From a virus (Duplodnaviria; Caudoviricetes), in the IMG/VR virus record IMGVR_UViG_3300021425_002620: a stretch of DNA of 64,000 nt; one strand, written 5' to 3'. Numbering within the stretch: position 1 is the stretch's first letter; every line of letters begins with the position of its first letter. Positions 37,352-48,051 of this stretch are shown here, piece after piece. Made by a program: the position numbers and the translations under genes. The notes beneath the pieces are model-generated. The model had not been told where the DNA came from. It was given only the letters and a program-made list of their open reading frames with translations, and did not search any database.

Positions 37352-40300
37352 TAGACTCTACCTACTACAACTTCAACAATGCCTTTTCCGTCATCGTCTT
37401 TTGTTCCAACTGCTTTACCAATTACTCTGCCTATGCTTGGATTATTATCTACCATTGCATATCCTGGTATTGCACTTGTTACAAGCATATCACCTTTAGA
37501 AACTTTACCGATTACTTTACATGGTACACGACCTTGTAATGCAATGCCAGTAACGTGATCTCCTTCTAAATGTGAGTTCATTAAATAAGCAGGATTAGTT
37601 GTTACAACACCAGCAACACGATGGTCGCCTTTTGTATTAGTTACAGTAACTTCTGCATCACCGCCAAATACTAGTACTGTTCCTGATTCGTATTCTGCAT
37701 CACCTAAATAGTTTTCTGCCAAGTCAGCATATTGTGCTTGTGTTGCTGTACCATAGAATGTAGTAGCATACATTGCTTGGAATTTTTTACTTGCAGTGCC
37801 AACAGTATTAGTGCCGTCATTGCCTCTATTTAAAATGTTGTTAGCAATTACATCTCCGCCAATAAGTGCATCATTAGCAAACCATGCATCACCTGTTTCT
37901 TCATTAAGTATAATTTTATACGAATCAAGTGTGCCACTGCCGTTGTTACCAGTATTTGTAATTCTAATTAAATCTCCAGACGCTGCTGCTGCTGTTGTTG
38001 GATTGTTACCTGTTTTTGCACCCCAATCAGTACTTCCTTTGGATGCAATATAATATAGTGTATCAATATTGCCAGCATTGTCTGTTATTTCTGTAGCAGA
38101 TCCTACTTGGAAACCATTTGTAATTTCGATGTCGTCTACATAAAGAGTTTTGTATCTATTATCATCTGTACCAATATCGTATGTAGAATCAAGATCTGGG
38201 AATGTACCAGTACTATCAAAAGTAAATGGTATCTTAACTGTATTGTTGCTGCTGTCGCCGACTACAAATCCAATTTGGCCTTCACCGCCACCTGCTGCAC
38301 CATTACCTAGTGCAATACCAGTACTTGCTAGTCCCTTTTCTCTCGGAGTTTCAATAAAGGAAGTATACATCCAATCAGCAGCAATAAATGGACTAGTTGC
38401 TGCAATCTCTGAAGCTTCTTGAAGTGTGCTGCGAGTAAAGTTATTTGCTACTTGTACAGTTCCATCTCCGTTTCCGGTATTGTTTGCAATAAATGTATCG
38501 CCAACTTTCCAATCGCCATTAGCAGATCTTTGATCAGCTGCTGCAACACAATTATTCCAGTTGGTAGGGGTTTGACCTACATCGTCGCCTAACGAAAGGA
38601 TTTCATACATAGTACTTGCTGTTAGAGAACTAGCAGAAATTTCATTAGGATCTCCCATTTTACCAATATTAACGTTTCCAGGAATCTTAACATCGGGTCC
38701 AAATCCATCAGCAGTCATATCACCTGCTGCTGATAATATAAGTCCACCTTGTATATTGCTGAGTTTTAAACCATCAGCTGTAGTAGTTGTAAGAACTGTT
38801 GGACTAGAACCTGTTCCAATTTTATAACTGTCAGCAGTAATACCACTGTTAGTATCAGTTTTTACAACAGAGTTTTTAGCACCTGCTGTGGTAAATGGTG
38901 CAACTCGATAACTGTCGTTACCAGTACGTTCCATTATACCTGCTGTTGCATAGTCAGCTGGTGATGCTAGATCGCCATTAATATCTACTGTATTGAAGTT
39001 ATCATGTTGTAGGCCGTTGCCTTCATCAACTACTGTATCAAATGTTACTTCAGCAACATTTGCACTTGACGCTGCACTATTACCTAATACAGTATCACTA
39101 CCAATTTTTTTAATTTTATCTAAAGTAATACCGTTGTTTTTTAATTGTACATAACCTCTAGTAACTCTAAAGTTGGCAAAGTCAAATGTTGATAAACCTA
39201 GCTCTGCTTGGTTGTTTTGTCTTGTAACTGTACCCTTTGGTAATGTAGAAGTACTTATTACACGTTTTACAGTACCGGTTGTAGTAGCACCTACACCTGT
39301 TAATACTGCTACAAATGTTTGGTTAGCAACATATGTATCTCCAGTAGTTCCTGCTGCATTATTCCATTGTGTTTGTGTTGTATCACCTAGACTAACAATT
39401 TGATATGTATATCCTTGTACAATGTCTGCAATGCTTTCAGTTGGAATATCTGTTTGAACTGTTACAAAGTTATCTGCTTCTTGTAGATATAATTTAGACT
39501 GTTCAATATCAGCTGCTATATTAACATCAGCATTTACAATAACTTCTGGATTGATCTGCATGTCAAAGTATGCTGTAGGTGTATCCAATATAGTTGGAGT
39601 ACCTGCTTGATCGTCGTTTTCTAATCTACGTGTAGTTAAAGATATGTCACTTACAGGTTGTGTGCCGCCTTGGCCATCATCAACAAATGGTTCTTCTGAA
39701 ATATTAATCATTTCAGCAAACGGCCCTGTAATTACTAAACCATTACGTGTGCCACTTGTAGTGATGCCAGTTAGATTTCCGTCAACATCAAATGTTCCGT
39801 CGCCGTCATAGATCGGTGTTGGATTTTCGTCTGGTGTAACTACATTGTATGAATCTGGTCCTGCTTCAAAACTTACAACAATAACATTACCTATCGAAAT
39901 ATCCAACTTAGAATAGTTGCCTACAATTTTACCAAAGTTTTGAGATCCTGTAACATCAGTTAAATATTTTCCAATTCCAAATGTTGCATTTACACCTAGC
40001 TCACTTGTTTCTGATGAGATGTAAATTGTTTTAGTATTAGTAAATCCTAAGAACTCGTTTGTTGTAGCGCCTTCGTTTTCAACATCTCTTAGACTAGTTG
40101 CCACTGCATATTCTTGAGTTTGTAGATCAACATAGTCTCTGTTTACTGCTGTTGTTCCTGGTGTACTATTAATGTCAACTGGAGCAATGTTTTCAATGGT
40201 GTTACCATTCATTTTCAAGTTGCCTAACATCGGAACAGCACCATTCTGTGTAATCACTGATGGACCTAACGGATTTGGAACAGAATTACCAGCTTGGTCG

Positions 40301-43300
40301 TAACCTAAACGTCTACTTACATAACCACGTACTGCTGATTCTGTTGGAACAGTATCGTCAGCATTATCGCTCATTGCACTGTCTGTTGAGAATTCAGTAA
40401 CAACAACACCACGTTTAAATCCAATACCGTCAACATCTGAAAGTGCAATACTTGCCGCAAATGTAACTGTACCTGTACCTTGGTCAACTGTAAAGAATCT
40501 TCCAACTCGGAAGAAACCATCTTGGTCAGTACTTACATAGAACACACGACCTTTGTTACGTTCTTGTATTTCATTTTCTTGTAATGGTTGTGTGGAAGGG
40601 AAACCTAAAATAACATTCGGATAGTTACTTTGGTTAAACGATCCTGTACCAATATCAAGGAAGTCGTGGCCTGTTGCACGACAAGTTGAAATATCAATTG
40701 TAATTGTAGCAGGTGAACCATCTTGCAAGCCCGCACGTAGTGTAATGGTTCCTGAAAAGCCTTGTGTGAGTGGTCTAACAATACCAGTTGCCTGGTTTGT
40801 AATATTTGACTCTCTAATAATTTGTGCTGATGGAATTACAGGATCACCATTTTGATCTACCATTGCAGTCCATGAACCAGTAGCTGGATCTGGATCTGCT
40901 GGATCACCTTCCCAAACTTCTAAAGCACCAGTTGTGTTAAAGTTTACACCACTCCACTCGTATAATTTGATTTCGTCTGCTCTATTGCCTGCAATTTTAA
41001 CAACACCCCAAGCAGTTTGATTTCCTACCTGTCTAATTCTTGCTTCTGAAATCCCACCTAGATAAGATACTATTCTTGGAAATGTTGTTCTTAGAGGAAC
41101 ATCTTCGCCGTTAACATCAACTAAGTCAAACGTTAATTTAACTTCTTCAATTTCTTTAAGATCAACTACTGCAAATAAATGATTTTCGTTATATACTTTT
41201 CTTTGATCATTATATAAGTTAGTTGTATCATTAAAAACAAATTCTCTATAGTTATATACATAATGTTTCTTACCATTCCATACAATAACTTTAGGAAGCT
41301 CACCAGTAAAATCATAATTTCTACTACCGTCAGTTAACCCTGATGGTCTGTAGTTTGCATCTGTTAAGAAGTTGTTATTAATTCTCCAGATGTCTCTAAT
41401 TTCAGTTAGTTTATTAATTGCTATGCTTACATCACCTGTTGTGTTACCAAGTGTAGTTCCATTAATTGGAATTGATATTTGAGCTCCGTCAAAGTCTGCA
41501 GGTGTAAGATCAATTCTTTCTCTAGCAACATTTAATCTAATATAGTCATAGCCTGAATCAAAACCAACCAATGACTGATCAATATCTAACTCGCCGCCTG
41601 CAGAATCATTAGAACCAAAACTAATTGATCTATATGTGTATGCAAAGTCTTCTTGGAAATTAATTGCTGTACTTGGTCTAATAGTTAGATCGCCTGTACT
41701 TTCAATTTCAGAGAACGTATGTGTATTGTTTTGTCTAATTGTTAGATACTGTCCGGTTGGAATATCGGCTAGTAGACCGTCATTATCAAAAGTATCATTT
41801 GAAGTACTAAAGTTTGCCTTATACACTTGACCATTACGTAAAGGAGTATAGCCTGGAATTATATTAATATCACCAGAAATACTTAAACTTCTAATAGAAC
41901 CAGTATTAATGCCTAAGTCAAAATTTTCTCTACTTTGATTAATTCTAGTAACTGTTACTGTAGCATCGTGATTTGGTGCAGCACCGTCAGTGCCGCCTAG
42001 TTTGCTGCCTTTAATTGTAAATGTGTCGCCAACTTTATAATGTTCACCTTTTTCATTATTGAATATAGCTACATTATATTTTCCACCTTCTGCTCTTACT
42101 TTTGTAATAATAATTTGTGCTTCTGTAACTGCTGTTACTGGGTCTGTTTCGTCTATTGTTCTGTTAGCTGGATCATATTCGCCAAATGCTGTAGGCGAAC
42201 CCGATGGTCCTAAGTCAGCACAGTCAATTCTATATCCATCAACAGTAATTTCGTCTACAACTTCGATATTTGCTAGTTCATACCTTGCAATTCTATCTAA
42301 AGGTGTTGCACCATCAAAGTGATAATATTCAATTTCACCTTTGTTAGTTGGAATATGTTCTATTTCATACAAGTGTATTGCTAGTGATTCTTCTTTATTC
42401 TCATATGAAGTTGTGTCGAGTATAGCAATATCTACACCAGCTGCCGGTGTACCATTGATAATAATTTCTTCACCAACAGCATATGTTCCTGTAACATCTT
42501 TTAGGAATATCTGATTTCCTACTGTAGGGAATATTACTGTACCACTACCTGTGTTATTTGAGCAGGTAATTATATCATCAACTGCAACTGTTTGTTCTGT
42601 TGTTAATGTGAGTACAACCTGCGCACTAAATGTAACAGCACCTTGCACCATGTCATTTGTTGAAACAACATCATCTGGTACCTCGTTTGGATCACTACCT
42701 TCTGATACTAGTCCATAAACACCGTTAGCGTTTGAACCTGCTACAGAACGTATTTGTCCACCGTTACCTGCATAGTACGCTGTATGACAGTAGTATGTAA
42801 ACATAGATACCATTTCAGACAAGCCGCCGTTGATAGTAACAAGACCGTAACCTAAGTCGTTAACTTGTGTAAAGTCGTTACCTAACTGTGATCGGTTACC
42901 AGCAGTTTGTAGTGTAATATCGTATCCGTCTGGATACAATACAATGTTGGTTGGGTCTGGCTCAAATCCTAAAAACTCTGTTACATTATCTGGATTAATC
43001 TTACCTGAACGTGCATCAAGTACAAGCGTTGCAGTAGCAGGACCGTTAATACCACCTCTGTCATATTCAATAATATCATTAACCTGATATCTAATACCGT
43101 CAATATAAAACGGTGCAGGTGTTTGTGGTTTTCTAATATACAAGCCCGAATTCTTTTCTGCCTCAACTCTTAATCTAAAGTTATTAATTTTACTTGTAAC
43201 TTTCATCGGAGTGTTAGCACAGAAAGCATCAACTAACATACCACCTCTAAATGCTTGTCTGTTTAAAGTCTGAGAGAAACTTGAACCTGTTTGAATATAT

Positions 43301-46300
43301 GGAGATTTAGTAAGTATTTGTCCTTCCGGATCAAGCACACACATAAATCCACCGTGACCTTGAACTGTCATATTACGCAAAATTGTTGCATCATTCATTA
43401 AGAACACGTCTAAGTCTGTTGACAATTTTGCACAGTTATAGTTTGTTTCGTCAGTAGTAACTGCTGGCTCAATAGCAAAGTCAAGTAAAGATACTTGTTT
43501 GTCTAGTATTTCTGAGTCTGCATCAATACCGTCCTCAACAACAAGATTTGTGTTGATGTATTGAACAGGATGTCCTGCTCCTCTGTACGGCTGAACAAAA
43601 TTATCTACCCAAACTAGGTTGTTAACCATATCTTGCATCATTTGCAACATATTAATCAAAGAACCAGCAAGTACCTGATCTTCATCTGGATATTCTTGTA
43701 ACTCAAAGAAGATATTAGCCTGAGCTTCTAATACATTTAAATTTTCGCCTTCTCGCAAGTCTTTTGTAATAGCGTCTACCCAAGCACCGACATAATTTCT
43801 ATATCTATCTTTTGCTTGATCATTAAAACTAGGATTGAATACATTTATAAAGCCTGCAAAGTTTGCAGCAATTCTATACTCAATAAACGCAATAATTTCT
43901 TCTTGAATAAACTCTCTGTTCTTTTCAATTAGAGTTGCTGCATTTACATAGCTACCTGGATTATCAAAAGCAAGAGTACCTAATCTGTCAACGTTTTTAG
44001 GGGCACCTGGTTTAACTAGATAGTGTCGACCAAAGTAACCATCAACTTCACCTGTTAAAGGATTTGTGTATGCCTCGCCTGATGTTGGTAAGTTTGTATC
44101 AGCTATACCAGTAACACTAGTATTTGGATTACCAGTTAAGCCATCAAATTCTTGATCTCTATAGAAGTATGTAGAAGCCCAAGGTGACTGAGACGTTCTA
44201 CGACGTGGTCTTATGATAACACGTCTAAATTCATCACCAACTAATGATACATTTGGTGGAACTTTAATTGGATAGTCTTCGTAGTATGTGCCTGTTTCTA
44301 TCTTAATGGTAATATTTCTCTCGTTCACAATATTACCATACTCTAAATTTTCTCCAACAATAAACTCAATTGGTTTTAGTAGTTCCAATTCGACTCTGTC
44401 ATCATCGGAACCTGGATTATTAACAGCATCAGCACCTGTGTAATAAGAAATAATTCTACCTAGTGCTCCGGATGTCTTACCTCTAATAATTTTACCAACT
44501 CTTAAATCTCTGTTTTGCGGATTACCTTGATCAACAAAGCCTGATTCACTTACACCGTTTACAGTATTTGAGAAGAACATAACAAAACGTGTACCTGTAG
44601 TAGGAACATCACTTGCACTAAAGACTCCATTTTTAATAATGTTACGCTGTAATTGAAGTGTGCCAGAATCACCAGCAACAAATGCTAGATCGTCTAGATC
44701 TGGAACGTCTGCACCAAAACTTATGTACTGCTGGTCGTATATACTTTGATAAACAGGATCAACTTGTGATTGAATAATTATACTACCAACTAGTGATCTT
44801 GTTCTTTCAAGTAATGTAGCAAAGACTTCTTTAATTAAGCCAGCTTGTGACCTTCCATATTCGTCTTGATAGTATTCAATTGCTGCTCTATTTGATAAGA
44901 AGTTAACTGAGTTACCACTTAGATAATCAAGTGTTGATGCATTGATTGATTTAAGGAGCTCGTCTTCAGCTAATTTTACATCAAATACACGCCCTGTCCA
45001 GTCTACAACAATATCAGCAAGATTAGTTGTAACTTTGTTTGTTATTTGTGTTTGTGCCCATGCAATAACTTCTGCAATAATAAAGTCTATGTTAGCATCA
45101 ATAATAGTTTTTGTATTTTGTCTGTTAACATTGCCACCGACACTAATGCCGCCGGTTTGTACTCTTGATTTTTCAATTACTGGAGGAGAATTAGGATCAA
45201 TAGTTCTTGAACTAATAATATCCTGCATGTAAGGACCTGGCTCATATGACGATGCAATTTGTATTGCTTCTGCTTTTCTTGCTGCTGCGCCTAGTGTTCT
45301 ATATGCGTATGCTAATGATGCACCTTCTTTACCTGGAGGCGCAATCAACTGATCATCGTCACCTACTGTACTAACAAAAAGGTTAGCACTTGATTCTTGT
45401 GATTGACTATCAACATATAATTTTGAAACTGCTTGTAAGTCATCGTCGCCATTAGGAGATCCTGCACCTGCTAAATCACCTGGGTGATCATGCAAGATAA
45501 GAGCACCTTCCATTTTATCACCTTGTCGTCTAACAACACTTTCTCTTGGCATTACTTGCTTACGTAAGAAGAACCCTTCAAGAGTTTCATCATAGTTTGC
45601 ATCTTGTAATTTTAATTCTTGAGAATCGATAAGTGATAATTTAAGACGTAATCTTTCTCTATTTGCTACATCTGAATCCAATGCATCGGCAGCATTAAAC
45701 CAAAGTCCGATGTTGTTTACATCAATAACACCAATGTACACTGTGTCACCGTTTTGAACTTTGTTATAAATTAAATTTCCATCTTCGTCTGTATCTAAAG
45801 AACTCTGAGAAACAAATTGTTGTTCAGCTTCGTCAAAAACAGTTCTTGACCAATTTAGGCCAGCACCTGTTGTTTTAAAAATATATGGAGCGCCGTCAGA
45901 ACCTCTAGTTAGTCCGTGTGCTGTGACATTAGCTCTATTATCACCTGTTAAAACACTAAAACTAAATTCGTAGTCTACTTGATCTGCAGGTTCTTCTGGA
46001 ACATTAATTGTTTCGCCTGGCAATTGGCGTGGAATATATGATTTATCAGCAAACTTTTTATCAATTACAATATCATCAACTGAAAGAGCAGTACCGTGTA
46101 CGTTGTTAAACGCAGAAATATTTGCAGTATCAACATTAGCAATAACTTGTCCAGCAGCATTTAAAGGACCACCTAGTGTTGGTGCTGGATCAGTAATCAA
46201 TCTAACATTAGCAATACTAAGAATAAGTTTACCATCAACAGATACATCAAATTGAATAGTGTCTACAGCACCCTCACCAAAGGCGCTGTCCGATGCTAGT

Positions 46301-46545
46301 TCAGATATTCTAATTCCTGTAGCGTCTTGTTTTACTACGGGTATAAATGCTTTTACTCCGCCGCCTTCAAACTCGTCTAAGGTGTCTGGTGTATCAGACA
46401 AACTAGTAAAACTAATTTGGCCACCTTTACCTACAACTGCATATATTTCTCTGAAGTTTTCGTTTACCTTACGAAACGACTCGCGGACGCTATCACCGGT
46501 TCCGTCATTACCTTCAACGCCGATATCTACTTCTTGTCTTGCCAT
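37351..46545 (-). CDS. very large virion structural/tail protein (VrlC-like)
   Basis: 3064 aa; GNDGTGDSVRESFRKVN start, GTYYEDYPIKVP.NVSLVGDEFRR, C-terminal ADLAENY...VAGVVTTNPAYLMN...IALQGRVPCKV chaperone-like domain. Confidence 0.75.
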   Translation of the reverse strand: MARQEVDIGVEGNDGTGDSVRESFRKVNENFREIYAVVGKGGQISFTSLSDTPDTLDEFEGGGVKAFIPVVKQDATGIRISELASDSAFGEGAVDTIQFDVSVDGKLILSIANVRLITDPAPTLGGPLNAAGQVIANVDTANISAFNNVHGTALSVDDIVIDKKFADKSYIPRQLPGETINVPEEPADQVDYEFSFSVLTGDNRANVTAHGLTRGSDGAPYIFKTTGAGLNWSRTVFDEAEQQFVSQSSLDTDEDGNLIYNKVQNGDTVYIGVIDVNNIGLWFNAADALDSDVANRERLRLKLSLIDSQELKLQDANYDETLEGFFLRKQVMPRESVVRRQGDKMEGALILHDHPGDLAGAGSPNGDDDLQAVSKLYVDSQSQESSANLFVSTVGDDDQLIAPPGKEGASLAYAYRTLGAAARKAEAIQIASSYEPGPYMQDIISSRTIDPNSPPVIEKSRVQTGGISVGGNVNRQNTKTIIDANIDFIIAEVIAWAQTQITNKVTTNLADIVVDWTGRVFDVKLAEDELLKSINASTLDYLSGNSVNFLSNRAAIEYYQDEYGRSQAGLIKEVFATLLERTRSLVGSIIIQSQVDPVYQSIYDQQYISFGADVPDLDDLAFVAGDSGTLQLQRNIIKNGVFSASDVPTTGTRFVMFFSNTVNGVSESGFVDQGNPQNRDLRVGKIIRGKTSGALGRIISYYTGADAVNNPGSDDDRVELELLKPIEFIVGENLEYGNIVNERNITIKIETGTYYEDYPIKVPPNVSLVGDEFRRVIIRPRRRTSQSPWASTYFYRDQEFDGLTGNPNTSVTGIADTNLPTSGEAYTNPLTGEVDGYFGRHYLVKPGAPKNVDRLGTLAFDNPGSYVNAATLIEKNREFIQEEIIAFIEYRIAANFAGFINVFNPSFNDQAKDRYRNYVGAWVDAITKDLREGENLNVLEAQANIFFELQEYPDEDQVLAGSLINMLQMMQDMVNNLVWVDNFVQPYRGAGHPVQYINTNLVVEDGIDADSEILDKQVSLLDFAIEPAVTTDETNYNCAKLSTDLDVFLMNDATILRNMTVQGHGGFMCVLDPEGQILTKSPYIQTGSSFSQTLNRQAFRGGMLVDAFCANTPMKVTSKINNFRLRVEAEKNSGLYIRKPQTPAPFYIDGIRYQVNDIIEYDRGGINGPATATLVLDARSGKINPDNVTEFLGFEPDPTNIVLYPDGYDITLQTAGNRSQLGNDFTQVNDLGYGLVTINGGLSEMVSMFTYYCHTAYYAGNGGQIRSVAGSNANGVYGLVSEGSDPNEVPDDVVSTNDMVQGAVTFSAQVVLTLTTEQTVAVDDIITCSNNTGSGTVIFPTVGNQIFLKDVTGTYAVGEEIIINGTPAAGVDIAILDTTSYENKEESLAIHLYEIEHIPTNKGEIEYYHFDGATPLDRIARYELANIEVVDEITVDGYRIDCADLGPSGSPTAFGEYDPANRTIDETDPVTAVTEAQIIITKVRAEGGKYNVAIFNNEKGEHYKVGDTFTIKGSKLGGTDGAAPNHDATVTVTRINQSRENFDLGINTGSIRSLSISGDINIIPGYTPLRNGQVYKANFSTSNDTFDNDGLLADIPTGQYLTIRQNNTHTFSEIESTGDLTIRPSTAINFQEDFAYTYRSISFGSNDSAGGELDIDQSLVGFDSGYDYIRLNVARERIDLTPADFDGAQISIPINGTTLGNTTGDVSIAINKLTEIRDIWRINNNFLTDANYRPSGLTDGSRNYDFTGELPKVIVWNGKKHYVYNYREFVFNDTTNLYNDQRKVYNENHLFAVVDLKEIEEVKLTFDLVDVNGEDVPLRTTFPRIVSYLGGISEARIRQVGNQTAWGVVKIAGNRADEIKLYEWSGVNFNTTGALEVWEGDPADPDPATGSWTAMVDQNGDPVIPSAQIIRESNITNQATGIVRPLTQGFSGTITLRAGLQDGSPATITIDISTCRATGHDFLDIGTGSFNQSNYPNVILGFPSTQPLQENEIQERNKGRVFYVSTDQDGFFRVGRFFTVDQGTGTVTFAASIALSDVDGIGFKRGVVVTEFSTDSAMSDNADDTVPTESAVRGYVSRRLGYDQAGNSVPNPLGPSVITQNGAVPMLGNLKMNGNTIENIAPVDINSTPGTTAVNRDYVDLQTQEYAVATSLRDVENEGATTNEFLGFTNTKTIYISSETSELGVNATFGIGKYLTDVTGSQNFGKIVGNYSKLDISIGNVIVVSFEAGPDSYNVVTPDENPTPIYDGDGTFDVDGNLTGITTSGTRNGLVITGPFAEMINISEEPFVDDGQGGTQPVSDISLTTRRLENDDQAGTPTILDTPTAYFDMQINPEVIVNADVNIAADIEQSKLYLQEADNFVTVQTDIPTESIADIVQGYTYQIVSLGDTTQTQWNNAAGTTGDTYVANQTFVAVLTGVGATTTGTVKRVISTSTLPKGTVTRQNNQAELGLSTFDFANFRVTRGYVQLKNNGITLDKIKKIGSDTVLGNSAASSANVAEVTFDTVVDEGNGLQHDNFNTVDINGDLASPADYATAGIMERTGNDSYRVAPFTTAGAKNSVVKTDTNSGITADSYKIGTGSSPTVLTTTTADGLKLSNIQGGLILSAAGDMTADGFGPDVKIPGNVNIGKMGDPNEISASSLTASTMYEILSLGDDVGQTPTNWNNCVAAADQRSANGDWKVGDTFIANNTGNGDGTVQVANNFTRSTLQEASEIAATSPFIAADWMYTSFIETPREKGLASTGIALGNGAAGGGEGQIGFVVGDSSNNTVKIPFTFDSTGTFPDLDSTYDIGTDDNRYKTLYVDDIEITNGFQVGSATEITDNAGNIDTLYYIASKGSTDWGAKTGNNPTTAAAASGDLIRITNTGNNGSGTLDSYKIILNEETGDAWFANDALIGGDVIANNILNRGNDGTNTVGTASKKFQAMYATTFYGTATQAQYADLAENYLGDAEYESGTVLVFGGDAEVTVTNTKGDHRVAGVVTTNPAYLMNSHLEGDHVTGIALQGRVPCKVIGKVSKGDMLVTSAIPGYAMVDNNPSIGRVIGKAVGTKDDDGKGIVEVVVGRV

Positions 46546-46546
46546 T

Positions 46547-46924
46547 TTATTTGAGCTCCAAAATTTGTATGTTGTCTTCTAATGACTGATTGTTGAAATT
46601 AACACTCACTCCACAGCCACATGCACTTTGTGCATTAGGATTGTTTACAACAAACTGTTGTGCAAACACGTCTGTAGTGTAATCAATTTCACTACCAAAT
46701 AAGTACATTAAACTCATAGAATCAATAACTAAATTACCTTGACCACAGTCAATAATTTCATCATTAACACCTACTTTGTCTTTATCGATCATATCCCATT
46801 CGTATTCAAACCCTGCACAACCTCCGCCTTTTAAGCCTAAATGCACACCAAAACTATCAGGTTTTGCTTTACAAAGTTCAATTATTTTGCTTTTTGCAGC
46901 TTCAGTAAGGGTAACTACGAACAA
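46547..46924 (-). CDS. HesB/IscA-family iron-sulfur cluster assembly protein
   Basis: GGGCAGFEY, NPNAQSACGCGVS; GATAAATA at 46945-46952. Confidence 0.92.
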   Translation of the reverse strand: MFVVTLTEAAKSKIIELCKAKPDSFGVHLGLKGGGCAGFEYEWDMIDKDKVGVNDEIIDCGQGNLVIDSMSLMYLFGSEIDYTTDVFAQQFVVNNPNAQSACGCGVSVNFNNQSLEDNIQILELK

Positions 46925-46985
46925 TATGGTCTCCTAATTTAATGTATTTATCGATCTGTTTTATAATCTTAATGTAAATATAGTT

Positions 46986-47273
46986 ATGTTTATAAAAGAA
47001 ATTTCAATTAGAGAGCGGCATCAAAGACGTAGTAAAAACGGTCATATGCACAATTACTACAGAGACAAAAGAGTAGTAATACTAAGATGTGATAATTGTG
47101 ATACTGAATTTGAAAGAGAACGTGGAAAAATGGATCCAAAACGTCTAAACAACAATTACTTTCACGTATGTAATAATTGCGATAGTAAGAAGTTTGCTCA
47201 GAAAAAGGGAGTAGAACGAAAACAAGTATGGAACTTGCCTGCGAGCTCTGATCTCCCTATTAGTAAGTTGTGA
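46986..47273 (+). CDS. putative zinc-binding hypothetical protein
   Basis: CDNC and CNNC pairs; TAAATA upstream. Confidence 0.7.
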   Translation: MFIKEISIRERHQRRSKNGHMHNYYRDKRVVILRCDNCDTEFERERGKMDPKRLNNNYFHVCNNCDSKKFAQKKGVERKQVWNLPASSDLPISKL

Positions 47274-47441
47274 TTATTTTTCTTTTTTGAACATAGTCCA
47301 TGCACCATATGCAATAGCGCCATATGCTACGAGACTTGCGATTGGCTTAAAGATTAAGAACGCAATACCAGCACCTACCAATACAGCACCGTCTAATGTA
47401 GTACGTTCGCCTAGTCTATCAACAATAAATTTCTTAACCAT
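47274..47441 (-). CDS. small membrane protein
   Basis: 55 aa MVKKFIVDRLGERTTLDGAVLVGAG...; AGGAG SD; antisense to the track's 47287-47469 ORF. Confidence 0.7.
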   Translation of the reverse strand: MVKKFIVDRLGERTTLDGAVLVGAGIAFLIFKPIASLVAYGAIAYGAWTMFKKEK

Positions 47442-47498
47442 TTTTAATCTCCTGTTGTATTATATTTAGTAAATAATTGTTCCTATAGGAGGAAAATT

Positions 47499-47777
47499 AT
47501 GATAAATTGGTTAAAGAAACTTTTAGGTATTGGAACTTCAGATCCAGTTGTGCCAGCAGCAGAGCCTGCACCAGCTGTAGAGAAAAAGGTATCTAAGCCT
47601 AAAACTACTAAAAAATCCTCTGCCAAGTCTACCAAGAAAAAAGGCTCAGGCAAAGGTTGCGATTTTGATAAGTTAACTAAAACTCAACTTCTTAAAGAAG
47701 CAAAGCATAGAGGCGTTCCTGCCAATGCAAGTCTTAAGAAGGATGAAATTTTAGCTAGACTTAAGAGCGCGAAATAG
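47499..47777 (+). CDS. Lys-rich protein with C-terminal Rho-N/HeH-like domain
   Basis: Strand read from sequence: ATG at 47499 on +, AGGAGG SD; DKLTKTQLLKEAKHRGV...LKKDEILARL. Confidence 0.7.
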   Translation: MINWLKKLLGIGTSDPVVPAAEPAPAVEKKVSKPKTTKKSSAKSTKKKGSGKGCDFDKLTKTQLLKEAKHRGVPANASLKKDEILARLKSAK

Positions 47778-48051
47778 CAGACTGTAATTGACTAATTGCA
47801 GTTTCTTGGCGAGCGAGCTTACGTTCTAAAACGTTTATAGCCGCTCGCTGTTTTTTTGACTGTTCTTCTAGTGATCGCACATATTGAAGTGTAGGAAGTT
47901 CTTGGCTTGAACCATCTTCTCCTAACATAGTGATAGTATCTACACCTTGAGCACGAAGCCCACCAGTAACACGATTTGGATTTTTATCAGATGATGATTG
48001 GGTCTGGTCCGTAGGCTTTTTGCGCCCGTACATTTGATTCAAATAGTTCAT
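47761..48051 (-). CDS. coiled-coil hypothetical protein
   Basis: Start re-called to MNYLNQMYG with AGGA SD. Confidence 0.65.
   Translation of the reverse strand: MNYLNQMYGRKKPTDQTQSSSDKNPNRVTGGLRAQGVDTITMLGEDGSSQELPTLQYVRSLEEQSKKQRAAINVLERKLARQETAISQLQSAISRS

Noticed and set aside
28036-46545. Diversity-generating retroelement or CRISPR array behind the repeats
   Set aside because: Repeats are in-frame and diverge at synonymous positions; no reverse transcriptase, adenine-specific TR/VR pair or spacer array in the window.
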